Part shown: positions 26,817 to 39,692 of the stretch, piece by piece | Position numbering within the stretch: the first letter of the stretch is position 1 | Layout of the letters: the number at the start of each line of letters is the position of its first letter | NCBI GenBank assembly: GCA_976551045.1 | Contig: CDPCPM010000015.1 | Coordinates: 5,208,001-5,272,000 of the forward strand | Direction of reading: 5' to 3' | Length of the DNA: 64,000 nt | Origin: Glaucostegus cemiculus | Lineage: Eukaryota | Position numbers and translations under genes: made by a program | Notes under the pieces: generated by a model | Seen by the model: only the letters and a program-made list of their open reading frames with translations | What the model was told of the DNA's origin: nothing | The model's database searches: none

Positions 26817-27877
26817 GTAGGCTTTTGTTCATGCTATAACAAAGTGCTTGAAAGAGTTTTAACTTGACCTTTGTACATGGGAAGAATTATAATAGCGAGA
26901 TAGATTGCAGTGGCTTAAGGAGACCACTTTATCATCAACTCTCAAACAATTAGAGGTATATGATATATGCTGAATTTAACAGTGATACCCACATCTCATA
27001 AGATTTAAGTTTGTTACTTAGGCACAGTTTCAAAAGTGGCTTCTGGTAATTGACCAAGTAGCTAATTACATGAATATCACAGTTTAAAATTGTACAGGCT
27101 GTTTGCCTTGGGAGTATTGCACCTTAGCCAAGTTCTGTCTGTTGATGCTGCCTGTCCATTTCAAATTGCAGTTATTTGAATAGCAGCCAGGAGGTGGAAA
27201 CAATTATGTTTAACTCGGGTAACCTAATTGTAATTTGTAGGATGTAGCAGCTACCTTGCTGGTGATCAGCTGGCATGGCTTAAATCAGTGATAGGAGACC
27301 AGAACATTTTTGATCTGTGCAACTTGGTCCCTCACTGCTTTACAATTTTTTGTGTATTTTTTCGGTTGATACTCTTTCTAGAATGTGTTTTGGTGATACA
27401 CCAGATCTAATGTTGAACTAAATCCAAAGGTTCCTAGCACACAGGATGTCCTGATTGGACATTGTACTTGGTCAAACGTGGCAGCAGTTTTTCCAACAGC
27501 AAGATTTTTCTAAGAGTAGTGAGATTAATAACCTGATGATCTTTAAGAATGCTGCTCAAGGGACAGATATTGATAATAATAGGAGAAATCTCTTCAGATT
27601 GTGCTGTGGAATTTATTATATGTACTTAAGAGTGCAACAGAGGCCACAATTTAATGAGTCATTCAATAAAAGCTTTCTCCCAACAATACAACATAATTTT
27701 AGTTTTATAGTACTGCAGTTTAGCCTTAATTATGTGCTAAAGTCTCTGGAGTGGGGATTAAACCTTATGATTTGAGTGAAAGTGCTAAAGTTTATATCAG
27801 TGTTGAAGCAAGGCCTTATCTTGGCTTAAATAAGTGATTTACAAGATTAATCAAAACTAACTAATGTTTATGTTCAG

Positions 27878-27926
27878 GTTGATCAAGAAACTGGAACATA
27901 CTTGGAAAGCACTTGTTCATGATGGT
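27878..27926 (+). CDS. PIP5K1C: PIP5K1C exon 10 (LIKKLEHTWKALVHDG)
   Basis: tgttcag|GTTGATC...GATGGT|gtaagt; 49 nt; activation loop with the type I (PI4P-selecting) Glu in KKLEH; CTAAC branch-point-like motif just upstream. Confidence 0.96.
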
Positions 27927-29171
27927 GTAAGTTTTCATTTTAAAGTGATATAACCAATTAAGAAATATCTACCAATTTACCATATACAGTTACATTTCAA
28001 AAAAGCAAATGCCACTGTAATAGTCCACACAGCCTGTTTTCCATGTGTAGCCTCCAACTGAAATGTTGTCAAAGATTTCATTTTCTAGCTTCCCTTATTT
28101 TATGGTTAGTTTCAGAACTAAAGAAATCTGCAGCCTCCTTTTTAATTCCAAGAGATTGTAAAATGAAAAGGTTCAGGGATAGATGTGATCACATCCTTGG
28201 TTGATCTGAAGTTGTGGGTTATATGTTGGAAGTACATAGGATGTATATTACATCACAAGAGCCAGTTCTACTCTAATGACATCCCTGTAATGTGAAAGTT
28301 GCATTTATTGTACAGCATTCATGTGGTTTAGTGCACTGCACCATTTGCATGAGTTATAGTTAAGTAAAACGTGAGGAGTTCTGTATTGACAAAGATAATA
28401 TATTCCAGGATATTTTAGTTTGGTGGAGGAAGTTCCACAATGTCCACTGAGTGACCTGTTCATATTGAGTTTTATGTAATGACTTTGAATGTTGATCTAT
28501 CCTAATAAAGAAATGTGTGAAGCAAGTCTATCAGGGCACTTAAAGAGAAATGAACAAGAAGGTGAAGGAAAAGCAGGGCAAAGCTTTCCTTTACACTGAA
28601 TGTATTAGATTTGGGCAGAGTTCTATGGTTCCATTTAACTTGTACTTCCATAGTTACTGTTAACATGAGCAAAACGTAAGGATACCAATCTTTCTTTACT
28701 CAATGCAAGATTGAACATCAGTGTTTTGGTAAGTTAGGGAAATATCTGAGCTAGATACAGCTGGTCAGCAGTTCAGTTCTTCCAGGAAACAGAGTAATTC
28801 AATATCTTGGTAGAATTGCATGCTGTTAAGGTTATCTTTAGCTCTTTTGTGAGATTTGGGCAACAGTGGCAAGGCTAACACTTAATGCTCATCCCTACTT
28901 AACCTTAAAGGTGTTGCTGAGCTGCTGCCTTGAATTGCTTCAGTGCTTGTTGGCAGTAGAACTTGCCTCGTGTTAAATAATTCTCCAGTGATGTAGGTGG
29001 AATTCAGCATTTGACTTTAACTTCAAAAAAAACAATCTGCTAGGGGAGTTCAGTGGGTCAGGCAGCATACGTGGAAGCTGAGAAATGTCCACTAATTGAC
29101 CTATTCATATAGAGTTTTATATAATGACATTAAATGTTGATTTATCCTAATAAAGAAATGTGTGAAACAAG

Positions 29172-29471
29172 CAGGGACATGGCCTCAAGATTCAGGGAAA
29201 TAGATTTAGGACAGAGGTGAGGAGAAACTGCTTTTCCCAGAGAGTAGTAAATCTGTGGAATTCTCTGCTCAAGGAAGCAGTAGAGGCTACCTCATGAAAT
29301 AACTTTAAGACATAGTTAGAGAGAGATTTTTGCATTGTAAGGGAATTAAGGGTTATGGGGAAAAGTTGGGTAGGTGGAGCTGAGTCCATGGCCAGGTCAG
29401 CCATGATCTTACTGAATGGCAGAGCAGGCTCGATGGGCCAGATGGCCTACTCCTGGTCCTATTTCTTATGT
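29172..29471 (+). mobile_element. Relatively young CR1 3'-end fragment
   Basis: agagagtagtaaatctgtggaattctctg...gatggcctactcctggtcctatttcttatg tail. Confidence 0.85.
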
Positions 29472-30107
29472 TGATGGTTTGGATCAAGACCTTGCATTAG
29501 GACTTTTGTGTCAGCATTTTACTTGACTTGTATGTTATTAATGCAGTAATTAAGTCAGACTTCTTTTAAACCTATTTCTTTCATTCCCCTTTCAGCTTTG
29601 GATCCTTTTCACCCAGGGCATAGCTGTGGTACTCTTTAATACCTCCCTAGAGCACCTGTGGATCCTGGGCAGTGAGAATGACCAGGTTATTTGATTGTAA
29701 AGTGATCACTTGGTCTGCACCTGTACTAAATTGATGACGCAAACAACCACTCTTGCGTTAAGATCAGAATCATGAATCCCTCTGTGGCTCACGTGTATTG
29801 AAGTCAATTACTACGCTGACTAAAATCAGCTAACACTGAGTCAATTTTAGAAACACATTTCTGAATGTTTAAATATTTTCATTAATCAAGGTAATTTCTA
29901 GTTAGACAAGATTCATTATTTTGCCCCATGCAAGCCTTTAACAGCTTCGATAAAATTCAGTGTTCAAAACTTATGGGTATCCTGCTGTCTGGCAGTTAAA
30001 ATTTTGATATTTGACTGGATTTAACTACATGTTAATTTTAGATTTTCTAAAACAATTTCTTTACACACTGTGAGTAACATTGTTTTTCCTTGGAATTTTT
30101 TTTACAG

Positions 30108-30192
30108 GACACTGTGTCAGTGCATAGGCCAAGTTTCTATGCTGAAAGATTTTATAAATTTATGAGCAGCACTGTCTTCAGAAAGTCTTCAT
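30108..30192 (+). CDS. PIP5K1C: PIP5K1C exon 11 ([28 protein letters not shown])
   Basis: tttacag|GACACT...TTCAT|gtaagt; 85 nt; end of kinase domain. Confidence 0.96.
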
Positions 30193-30585
30193 GTAAGTAA
30201 CCATTGAGTCTTCTTTGGAAGCTATTTGGAATATTACAAGGACTGAATGTTTTTATGTCTTTGCACTGTACTGCTGCTGCAAAACAACACATTTCACATC
30301 ATATGTTAGTTGATAATAACTGATTCTAATTTGGATTATTGGAACAAAACTCTCACGTCAGTCCCTATGTAGTCTGTTGGAACAGCAGTTCTACAGTAAC
30401 TCAGCCAAATGATAATTTGTCATACATTGTCAGAGTATTGCATCCCATCTTTAGCCAAGGGTTCATTGAAACTAATGTAGTATTCTACTGATTTTTGGTT
30501 TCTATCTTTAACCTTGTTTGAGATTAATGTTAATTGAAGTTATTAATTAAGATGTTCATTTAGCACTTGTTTCATTATTTCACAG

Positions 30586-30747
30586 CATTGAAATCGTCCC
30601 CATCCAAGAAAGGACGAGCCTCTCTACCAGTTCCTAAATATGTTGGCCCAGGACAAGCCTTTTCAGCCAGTCAGATTCCGACAGAAGATGAAGAGAAGCG
30701 ATATGACCTGCGGGGAGCCAGGAGCTTCCCAACTCTTGAAGATGAAG
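30586..30747 (+). CDS. PIP5K1C: PIP5K1C exon 12 ([10 protein letters not shown]...FSASQIP...[15 protein letters not shown])
   Basis: ttcacag|CATTG...GATGAAG|gtaatt; 162 nt; phase 1 to 1. Confidence 0.94.
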
Positions 30748-32794
30748 GTAATTTTCATGTAAATGTCTTGCCCTTCTTTTAGAATTAGGAATATTCCTTT
30801 ATCTCTTCCAAGAATACTGATTTCAGAGAAAATTGAATATTTTCTTTGGTGTATCATGGTATTAGTCTCAGATGGACCAGTTTATTTGATACAAAAAAAC
30901 TCCAAAAATATTGAGGTTGTTTTTGACTAAAGCATTTCAGCAGGGAACACTGGTTTACAGTGCCTTACGGTCCTGATGGCTGAAACATTTTGATTAGATT
31001 TCCTTTATCCAAGTGCACTTGTGTATTCAAAATGAAAATGCTGGTAATACTCAGCAGGACAGGCAGCATTTGTGGAAAGAGAAACTGAATTAACTTGTTA
31101 TATTGATCGTTCATCAAAAAATTTTTTTGACAGATGTTGCCTGACCACCTGAGTATTTGCAGAATTTTATGTTTCTATTTCACATTTTCATCATTTATAG
31201 CTTTTGGAATAGCACTATAAACCACTGGATGTGTTTTAAATATTCAAGGACAAATTAGATAGGGGTGAGAGCAGGGCAATATCTAGAAAGTTCCCCTTTG
31301 ATATCCTTGTTGAATTGAAATTAGTTTAGCAGGTCATTTTGACCATACTTGCATTTCTCTCTTCACTCTAACATGTGATCTTTCTCAGCCTAGAGTTAGT
31401 CTAACTTAAGTATCCAGAGGCTCAATGCTCAGTGGCATGAGCTGGTAATTTGTTCCATAACTTCATTGTCCATTGGTAAAATAATTCATTAATATCTAAA
31501 CTAGTCCTTGCATTTTGTAACTTAAATATATCACTCTGAGATAATATATCAAATGAAGATAATCCATCAATGTCACCATTCATTATTTTATATACTTCTA
31601 TCAAATAGCGATTTTACCTTTAAATTGAATGGACCCACTGCCTTAAGCTGCCTTCAAGCTGGAAACATTCTTTAAATCTTCGGAACATTTTTAAAAGCCT
31701 TTTCCATCTATTGGGCTTGAAGGACTTCTTAATCAACATGTAGTCTTACCACTATTATGCGAGGCTAAATTGACATGTTTTGTTTTACATTGAATTCCTG
31801 AGTAAATATTCTATTTTCTTTGGTATTGGCCAAGAAGCTGTAGGTAGTAATGAACTGTAATGCCAAGATACTTTTTATGCTCTCAACCAACTGTTATGGT
31901 TGAATGAATTACAACTATACTTGTATAATTGCATAGTATTGCATTGACCAATGTCAATTATTGTTTACCAGTTTGAACCTTTCTTGAATGTGTAAATCTA
32001 CTTGCTGAAATTAGTTCTCCTCCAGCCTCACATTTACACAATTTTCTTTAATTTCTATTAAACTCGTGCACTGTAACCGTAAAGCCAAGATTAGTTAATC
32101 TTAGTATGTTAAACAGCAGTTGTTTTGGTGTTGCTTTAAGCAAATCCACATTCATTACACAAAAAATGTTCCATTTGCATAAATTGCAAACATTGCTTAC
32201 AACACATTGTAGCAGCTTCCTATTATTTGCACAAGGTTCAGGTGACACGATAATCTACAGTGTACAAGGTTCCAGGCTATCTCATCCTTGCTTCTCTGCT
32301 CAAGGTGGCTGGGTAGTGGCAGCTGGTATCCTAAGGGTTCTGGGCTGAGCAAGGATAGTGAGCATGCGAGGGGCAGATGTATCCCCCGAGCTGTACATTC
32401 TGTACCATGGTATTACACTAAGTGGCCTGAAGTTTCCCGGACCAATGTCTCTGTTTTTGAAAGCTGGAAGTATTTAAGTGTTCTTCCAAACTAACTATCC
32501 CAGATCCTGGTAAGATGTTAAATATTTTGTTAAGAAGTTTGTAAACTGCATATCCCATTTCTTTAATCATATTAAGTGGAAAATATCTGGGCCAGCTGTA
32601 GCATTTTACAGTTCTTCTGCACAATTGATAAAGAATAACCAATTAAAAACAGGTAACAGGTAACATAGCATTCAGGTGAATACTGTTCCTCATCATTCTA
32701 TTTTACTTTAGATACAAAAACCATATGCTTCTTGGTAAAGAACTTTTCTTCCTTTTGTTTGTTGGTTTTTATAACCTCTGAAATTTTCTTTTAG

Positions 32795-32948
32795 GGTTAT
32801 TAGGCCGACCAGATCTCCTTCCTTGTACCCCACCTTCATTTGAAGAAGCAACAACAGCTTCAATAGCAACAACTCTGTCATCAACAACATCTTTGTCAAT
32901 AACAGAGCAGTCAGCATCAGAAGGCTCAGAACATCATCACCGTTACAG
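32795..32948 (+). CDS. PIP5K1C: PIP5K1C exon 13 ([GLL][27 protein letters not shown]...EHHHRY); alternative start at 32804
   Basis: ttttag|GGTTATTAG|GCCGACC gives two in-frame acceptors 9 nt apart; donor TACAG|gtatga. Confidence 0.92.
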
Positions 32949-33224
32949 GTATGAAGCATTGTTCATTTCATCTATTGTTATTTCAATATTTCTCTCTCCT
33001 CCTTAATCTCCTGATTGTTTAAAAATACCTTCAGACAAGCATTTGGATATTCTTCTAATTATCACATTACGGTCTCTTCCACTCTTACCCTATATCGGGA
33101 CCCTGATAGAAAGGAGATAAACTTTCTTGATGCCAATTGTGAAATTTTTTTCTGCTTCTAAACTGGAGCTAGTCATAAGAACCCAAGGCTGCTGCATTAA
33201 GCAACTAAAAATCGGGGCAGCTGT

Positions 33225-33226
<2 letters not shown>

Positions 33227-33258
<32 letters not shown>

Positions 33259-33263
33259 TGTGT
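33227..33263. repeat. (GT)n microsatellite
   Basis: About 15 uninterrupted GT units plus a short imperfect extension. Confidence 0.95.
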
Positions 33264-36200
33264 AACCTATTTATTTGAAAGTATCCTTTTTTCTTAGGCT
33301 TTTATTGGTTAACATTTATCAAAAGAAGAAAAGTTTCTCTAATGTGTATGCTGCTACATTTGACATTTTATGAGATAGAAAAAGTTAGTGAACAGGTTTT
33401 CCCTACTAAAGAAAAATGTGTATTTTTGAAGAGAATGTTAGTTTCTTGAGTGTTTTTTTTTAGAAGAGAACATCTTTCCAGGCACATTCATACTGAACAA
33501 AATTGCTGAGGCACCTCCGTTCAAGTTGCTTCATTGTCCTTCAGCCATGCTATAAAAATACATGGCAGAACGAAATGTCTGGAAAGAGAAGGCCAATCAC
33601 AATTTCTGTTTATGAATTTTCAGCCTTCATAAAGTTTGAACTATAATATTTTTGCTCTCAATTATTTGGATCCAAATAAAGTAAAAGTGGATAAATGGCT
33701 GTCAATACCGAGATGTTAGTCCTGCAATGGGTGATGTTAAGAGGCCATTATTATTTACATCATAATAAATTACTCAGTATTGATGTCAGGGTATTGGTCT
33801 GCATGTTTGAAGTTTATAAGAAAATTTGTACAATTGTTAAGATTGTGGAGGGCAACAAACCTCTGCAAATCAGTTTAGATGTGTTGAATCGGATGAAGTG
33901 GTAAAGAGCATTTGATAAACCCAATGTACTATATTTGGGCAGATCTACCAAATCCAAATATACCCTTAATGTAGATCAGAACAGAATTTGGTTGAGAGAA
34001 GAAAGGATCTTTGCATTATTCAAAGTTCACTATTTAGTTTTCTTACAAGTGGTGAGAAGTTACTGCCAGAGTAAATGGACAATGCATTAATAGGTCTGTC
34101 AGGTGACCAGTAAAGGACATCAATTTGGTCTTGTATAAGATGATGGTTAGAAGACAGACAATACTGAACCCAGTTTGGTCCCTTTCTGCCAGGAATCTTT
34201 GTGATACGAAGATTCCTGGCAGAAAGTGTATTGATGGAATGCTGGCTGAGGTCTAAGTTGACCTAATTTGTGAATGTTGCCCTTGGTTAATTAGCCTACT
34301 GTTATTATCTGTATATTGAGGAATTTTTTGGACCAGATTCTAGCAAGTCAAGCTCTCTGTAGAAGAGAAGAGGGACATAATTAATGTTTTTCTTAATCTG
34401 TAAAATTTGACTTGTTTTACTGTTTTAAGCAATATAATGTGACAAACCATGTATAATTCAAATGATGGTTTCTCCAAAGAATTTGCCTGCTCTGAGTAGC
34501 TTCAGAATTGATGACAGAAGCTGAAATGTTCTTAATTCTCCCAGTTTTAATCACACATGTATCTGAATCTAAAGGTTTTTTTTACTAGTCTAAGATATAC
34601 CAACGAGCTCTGTTTATTTATGAACATACACACAGACATCCCCATGTTTTCTAATACTCTGACCTAGAATTAGTTTCAGAGGATCAAATTGTTTTATGCT
34701 TCATATTGCAAGGCACATGCTTTCAGCAGGTGTCCTGGCAGAATCATTTAACTGTTTGGTATCTAGTTACTGGATTTTGCTTTCGATTTCAGCAGTCTGG
34801 CCAGATTATTTCACATTTCATTGATCAATGGGGGGGAAAAAAACTGTTGTTCTATTTTCATCCCTTTCTTATGTGCTGATTCTTCTTATCGGGGACTGCA
34901 CCAAATGTTTCATGGTGGCTGCTGAGGTGGGCTAGACAGAACATTTAGGGATTTCCACAATACATATGGCCAATCAATCATTCATTTTTTGACTATTGCT
35001 ATTTTAAGCATATATTTTATCTTTACCATCTCCAAAAGGTATATAAAGATTTATATAGTATGAAAATACATTGGTAATTTAAAACTTTTGTGGCAGCTCA
35101 CTAGTGCAACAATTATAGAAAAGTAATAAGGCAATGAATAATAATAAATGCAAACTTCAAAAATAAATTCTGGTTAAGTAATAGCTTATTACTAATTACC
35201 TTCTATAGAATAACTTTCTGAATAATGTTTTAAAATTTACCAATTGCTCATATAAAAACAATGGTACAAGGTAAACTATTATTTAATGCAAATTAGATAA
35301 TCAACCAGAACACTAAGAGCATAATTTCCCGAACTGATCAAACATATATTTTAATTCCAGGCAAACAAAAATTTAAGGTTTGCTTCCAACACTTAATAGA
35401 TTTTAAGAATTGAAACTAAATTTTGAAAAACAATAATATAGTTATGTTGTATGAAAAAAAGTCCAGAACCTCAACCAGTTTACTAAATTAAATCTAAAGA
35501 AAACTTCCATTTGCTGTTTCTCTTCACACATCCCTCACTTCAATAACTTCCACAATATTCTTCCAAGCCCTTCTCTCACCCCCTCCCAGTCCATCCTACC
35601 TTATACATTCCTTCTCTTGCCCAACCACTTCCATGTAAGGTGCTCCCTTCCCACTCTCACAAAACAATTTGCCTATTTCTCTATGAACACACGTATATAC
35701 ACCTGTTCTTCGCCCTTCCTGTCATCCAAATAAGCTGACTGTGAGGTACAGTGGACTGGACGTTAACAAGTTAGCCTTTACCTCCACTCTTCACTGCAAT
35801 GGACAGCTAATGTAGCTGAGAGCATACTGCATCTGTGTGAGGGCTTGGGTTTCTGTGTGTCAACTCTCTCCTTTTTCCTATCCCTCTTCTCCCAGCAGCA
35901 CCCTGTCGAGGATCCTGTTCACTCCTGTATGGTCAGCTTGGAGGATGGAGGAACAATGGCTATGGCTGTGAGGGCTGGGGTTCTAAGCTGAGTTTTTTGG
36001 TTGGCTGTAGATGCGATACCCAACCCCCCCCCCCCAATTACCTTATTACCTTATTAGTAAATATTTGCCTTATTGACAAGTTTCTTGTGCCTTGTCAGCT
36101 AGCCACTGCCAGTAGGTTAATATGTCATGGAGGCACTCTGCTGATCACAGTCTTCCCACTTTCTAGTAGCTATCATTTCCAGTGCTTGAACATTTTGGTT

Positions 36201-36596
36201 TTTTTATTTTTGATTCAATATGAGTTGCTTTCTCATTTTTTTCTTAGTGTTCTATTCATATTTTGATTATTTAAAAGTAAGTTTTCATCTCCATGATTCA
36301 ACTAAATTGAGTTAAGTAATAACATGTACACATTTAAGATCATGTTACCTTATTAAAATTTAATTGTGCATGCCTAGTTATTACCATCTGCCACTAATCA
36401 ATCCATCTCAAAAACAAACGGTCTACATTTCAAAAGCCACATGCAGCATTTTCAAGTCAATGAATAAAAGTGTGAATCCTGCACATAAAACAGTACCGCA
36501 CAATATGGGCCCTTCAGCCCACGATGTTGTGCCAACCTATAAAAACCCACTCTGTGATCAATCCTACGTAGCCCAAAACCCTCCATTTTTCTTGCT

Positions 36597-36735
36597 TCTC
36601 AGAATCAGTTTTATTGTCACTTCCATATACACATTCAGCATGCATAGGAGCAAAATACTGTACTCCACAGATCAAGGTGCTCGTCACATTAAAAAAAAAC
36701 AATGAGAGACACAGACAGAAATACATTAACAACAC
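36597..36735 (-). mobile_element. 3' end of a non-LTR retroelement with gtgacaataaaactgattctga tail (copy 1 of 3)
   Basis: cagaatcagttttattgtcac...catgcataggagc...ctccacag, shared with 41761-41900 and 48265-48392. Confidence 0.7.
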
Positions 36736-37085
36736 TGGAACCACAAAAATGTGCCTATCTAAGAGTCTTTTAAATGTCCCTATTGTATCAGCCTCTACCA
36801 CCATCTCTGGCAGTACGTTCCAGGCACCCACCACACTCTGTGCAAAATAAAAAAGCCCACCTCTGCCCTATCTAAATCTTTTGCACTAAGGAGGTGGCAA
36901 TCAATATTAGGGAAGTTGAAATCACCCAGGACAACAACGTTATTTTTGTACCTTTCCAAAATCTGCCTACTTACCTGCTCCTCAGTGTCCTGGTGGCTGT
37001 TGGGGCCTACAGAATACTCCCAACAGAGCAATCATTCCCTTCCTGTTTCTGACTTCAACCCACCCTTTAGACGATTCCTCCATGA

Positions 37086-37362
37086 GGGATTGGGCGGCAC
37101 GATAGTGTAGCGGTTAGCGCGATGCTGTTACAGCGCCAGCGATTGGGGTTCGATTCCCGTCGCTGACTGGAAGGAGTTTGTACATTCTCCCGTATCTGCT
37201 TGGGTTTCCTCTGGGTGCTCCGGTTTCCTCCCACATTCTGAAAGATGTACAGGTAGGTTAATTTGGGGGGTTAAAATGGGCGGCGCGGACTCGTTGGGCT
37301 GAAAGGGCCTGTTACCGTGCTGTAAAATTTAAAATCTAAAAATTTAAATTTAATTTAAATTT
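37086..37362 (+). mobile_element. Full-length tRNA-derived V-SINE/HE1-like element nested in CR1
   Basis: A-box-like TAGTGTAGCGG, B-box GGTTCGATTCC, V-domain gggtttcctctgggtgctccggtttcctcccaca, AT-rich tail, CpGs retained, ATGA on both flanks. Confidence 0.9.
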
Positions 37363-37682
37363 ATGATGTCCTCCTTTTCTACAGCTGTGATACTATCCCT
37401 GATTAGCAATGCCACTCTTTTCCATCCCCCCCAGATCTTTTACCTCCCTCCCTATCCCTGTTACCACGCTGTAAATAAAACTTAATAACAAACATCTAAA
37501 CCCTAAAACATCAAGCAGCCAATCCTGCCCTCATAATGATCACAACGTTGTAATTCCACATGCTGATCTATGCTCTTAAGTTCATCACCTTTATTCTTAA
37601 TACTCCTTGCATTAAACACATTTCAACCCATCCAACTGACTGCGTTTGTACCCTATCCACTGCCTATCCTTCTTCACTGTCT

Positions 37683-37807
37683 CCCTGCACATCACATCTA
37701 CATTTAACCAACTGCTCCATCATCTGACCTAACACTCTGGTCCCCTGCACATCACATCTACATTTAACCAACTGCTCCATCATCTGACCTAACACTCTGG
37801 CCCCCTG
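37683..37807. repeat. Tandem duplication, 60-bp period, 2 copies
   Basis: 37683-37740 is identical to 37743-37800. Confidence 0.95.
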
Positions 37808-38649
37808 CCAACCTAGTTTAAACCCCCCGCCCAACAGCTCCAGCAAATCTGCCCACAAGGATATTGGTCCCCCTCAAATTCAGGTTTAACCCATCCCTTT
37901 GTACAGGTCATACCTTTACCAGAAGAGATTGCAGTGATCTGAAATCTGAAACCCTGCCTCCTGCACCAATTCTTCAGCTACGCATTCGTCTGCCATAGCT
38001 TCCTATTCTTACCCTTACTGGCGCATGGTACAGGCAGAAACCCAGAGATTACCACCTTGAGGTCCTGTTCTTTAGCTTCCTCCTTAATCCCTATATTCCC
38101 TCTTCAGGACCTCCTCCCTTTTCCTATGTCGTTGGTACCAATGTGTACTCTGGCTGCTCCCTCTCCCCCTTAAGAATGATGTGGACTCAATCCAAGATGT
38201 CTCTGACTCTGGCACCTGGGAGGCAACATTCCATCTGGGAGTCTCATTCTTGTCCATAGAATCTCATCCAATGAATCCCCTATCACTACCGCACTCCTCT
38301 TCTCTCCCCCTTCCCTTCTGAGTCACAGAGCTGGTCTTGGTGCCAGAGACATGGCTGCAGTGGCTTTCCCCTGGTATGGTAGGTCATTCCTCTCCACTGC
38401 CTCCCCAGCAGTATCCAATACGATATGCTTGTTATTGAGAGGAACAGTTGATATTTATTACATTTTTCACCAATAATATTCTATATTGGCAATATGTTTT
38501 ATTTAAGCAGATCTTTGGGCATTTTTCCCTATTTTCTTGGTCTAAACTGAAATGTATATTGCAGCAGCCAGTGACATGATTACTTGCTGATTATATATCT
38601 TCTTTTCCACCCACTACACCAATCGTTCTTTTGAAGTCAATAGTAATAA

Positions 38650-38705
38650 CAGATGTCTGGACACCGTGAAAATGCAATCAGATGTCTGGACACCGTGAAA
38701 ATGCA
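38650..38705. repeat. Tandem duplication, 29-bp period, 2 copies
   Basis: cagatgtctggacaccgtgaaaatgca occurs twice, separated by AT. Confidence 0.95.
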
Positions 38706-39659
38706 TAGATTATTGAATATTTAAGTTTGTACCATATTTTCCCATTTCAAGTTTATTTGAATCGACTCAGCATAATTCAAAATTTGATGTATTATTTGTT
38801 CATTATAAAGCCATCAATGTCACAGTAGCCTTGGCAGTAATTGCATTGTAGACTAACATCAATTTTAAGACTGCTTTACATGCACATTGAGCAGCATGCT
38901 ATTATAAATATAAAAATATTCTACATGTCTGAGACAAGATTTGACCATTAGAGTCTTGTGTTTCTTAAAGTCTGACATGATTGCAAGAAGCTTACAGGTT
39001 TCTAGGCTGTCTATCTGTAAGGAGCAGGTCCTGGCCAAATTCTGCATTATCATGACTCAAATCTGGCAATGTTCCATTCCTACCTAACGTTATATGTAAT
39101 ACACTGATGCATTTTCTGCAGTACTGGTTAATGTTTTTTTTTACTTAAAATAAAACTCCCAGTTATATACTGCATTCATTCAGTAAGTCATCCTACGATG
39201 CTTCACAAAAGCGTTACCAAGTAAAATTTTGATTGAGCCAAAGTAGGGGATATGATAAAATTTTTGAAGAGATAGGTTTTATGGAGCATCAGTAGAGAAA
39301 CTGAAGGCAAAAGAGGAGAGGTTTTGAGAGGAAATGAAAGAACTTGAGGATAAAGGTGGTAATTTCAGTCTTTTATCAAATTTAAATACTTATCTTTCCT
39401 CTTTTCCACCATCCTTAAAAGAATCATATCCAACACCCCACTGGTTAATTTTATTTCTGTAATGCTAAATGTAAATTTAGGATATATAATGCAGCATTCT
39501 CTCAAAATGTAACATTATTTTGCATGACATCAGATCATTTTGTAAAAACAGCATTGCATGTTTATGTTGCAGCCTTGTCCTCATCCTTGGCTTGTATTAT
39601 TATTTTTATTGTTCACGGCTGATCTATTATAGTTATTGTTCTTTTTTAAATCTGTTTAG

Positions 39660-39692
39660 GAAAACTACACTTTCATCAGTGCAGGATATTGG
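39660..39692 (+). CDS. PIP5K1C: PIP5K1C microexon 14 (33 nt; RKTTLSSVQDIG)
   Basis: tctgtttag|GAAAACT...GATATTGG|gtgaga; phase 2 to 2; resembles the mammalian RRRTQSSGQDGR segment at the same position. Confidence 0.8.

Larger units (their letters stand above)
36425..38450 (-). mobile_element. Composite CR1 remnant: ORF1 SGNH-esterase part, ORF2 endonuclease part and a 3' end, with nested insertions
   Basis: Minus-strand motifs VVIGDS (about 38275-38290), CLPGAR (about 38210-38228), VHIGTNDIG (about 38121-38148) and VVLGDFNFPNID (about 36900-36935). Confidence 0.85.

Noticed and set aside
33281-33289. U12-type donor GTATCCTTT (also ATATCCTTT at 2783-2791 and 43964-43972)
   Set aside because: No exon ends at these positions, and the gene's frame is complete without them.
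37092-37165. tRNA gene (A and B boxes present)
   Set aside because: It continues into a V-SINE body and AT-rich tail; this is a SINE head, not a standalone tRNA.
37683-38705. Functional meaning for the 60-bp and 29-bp two-copy duplications
   Set aside because: They are simple slippage-type duplications in repeat or intron sequence, and could be assembly artefacts.
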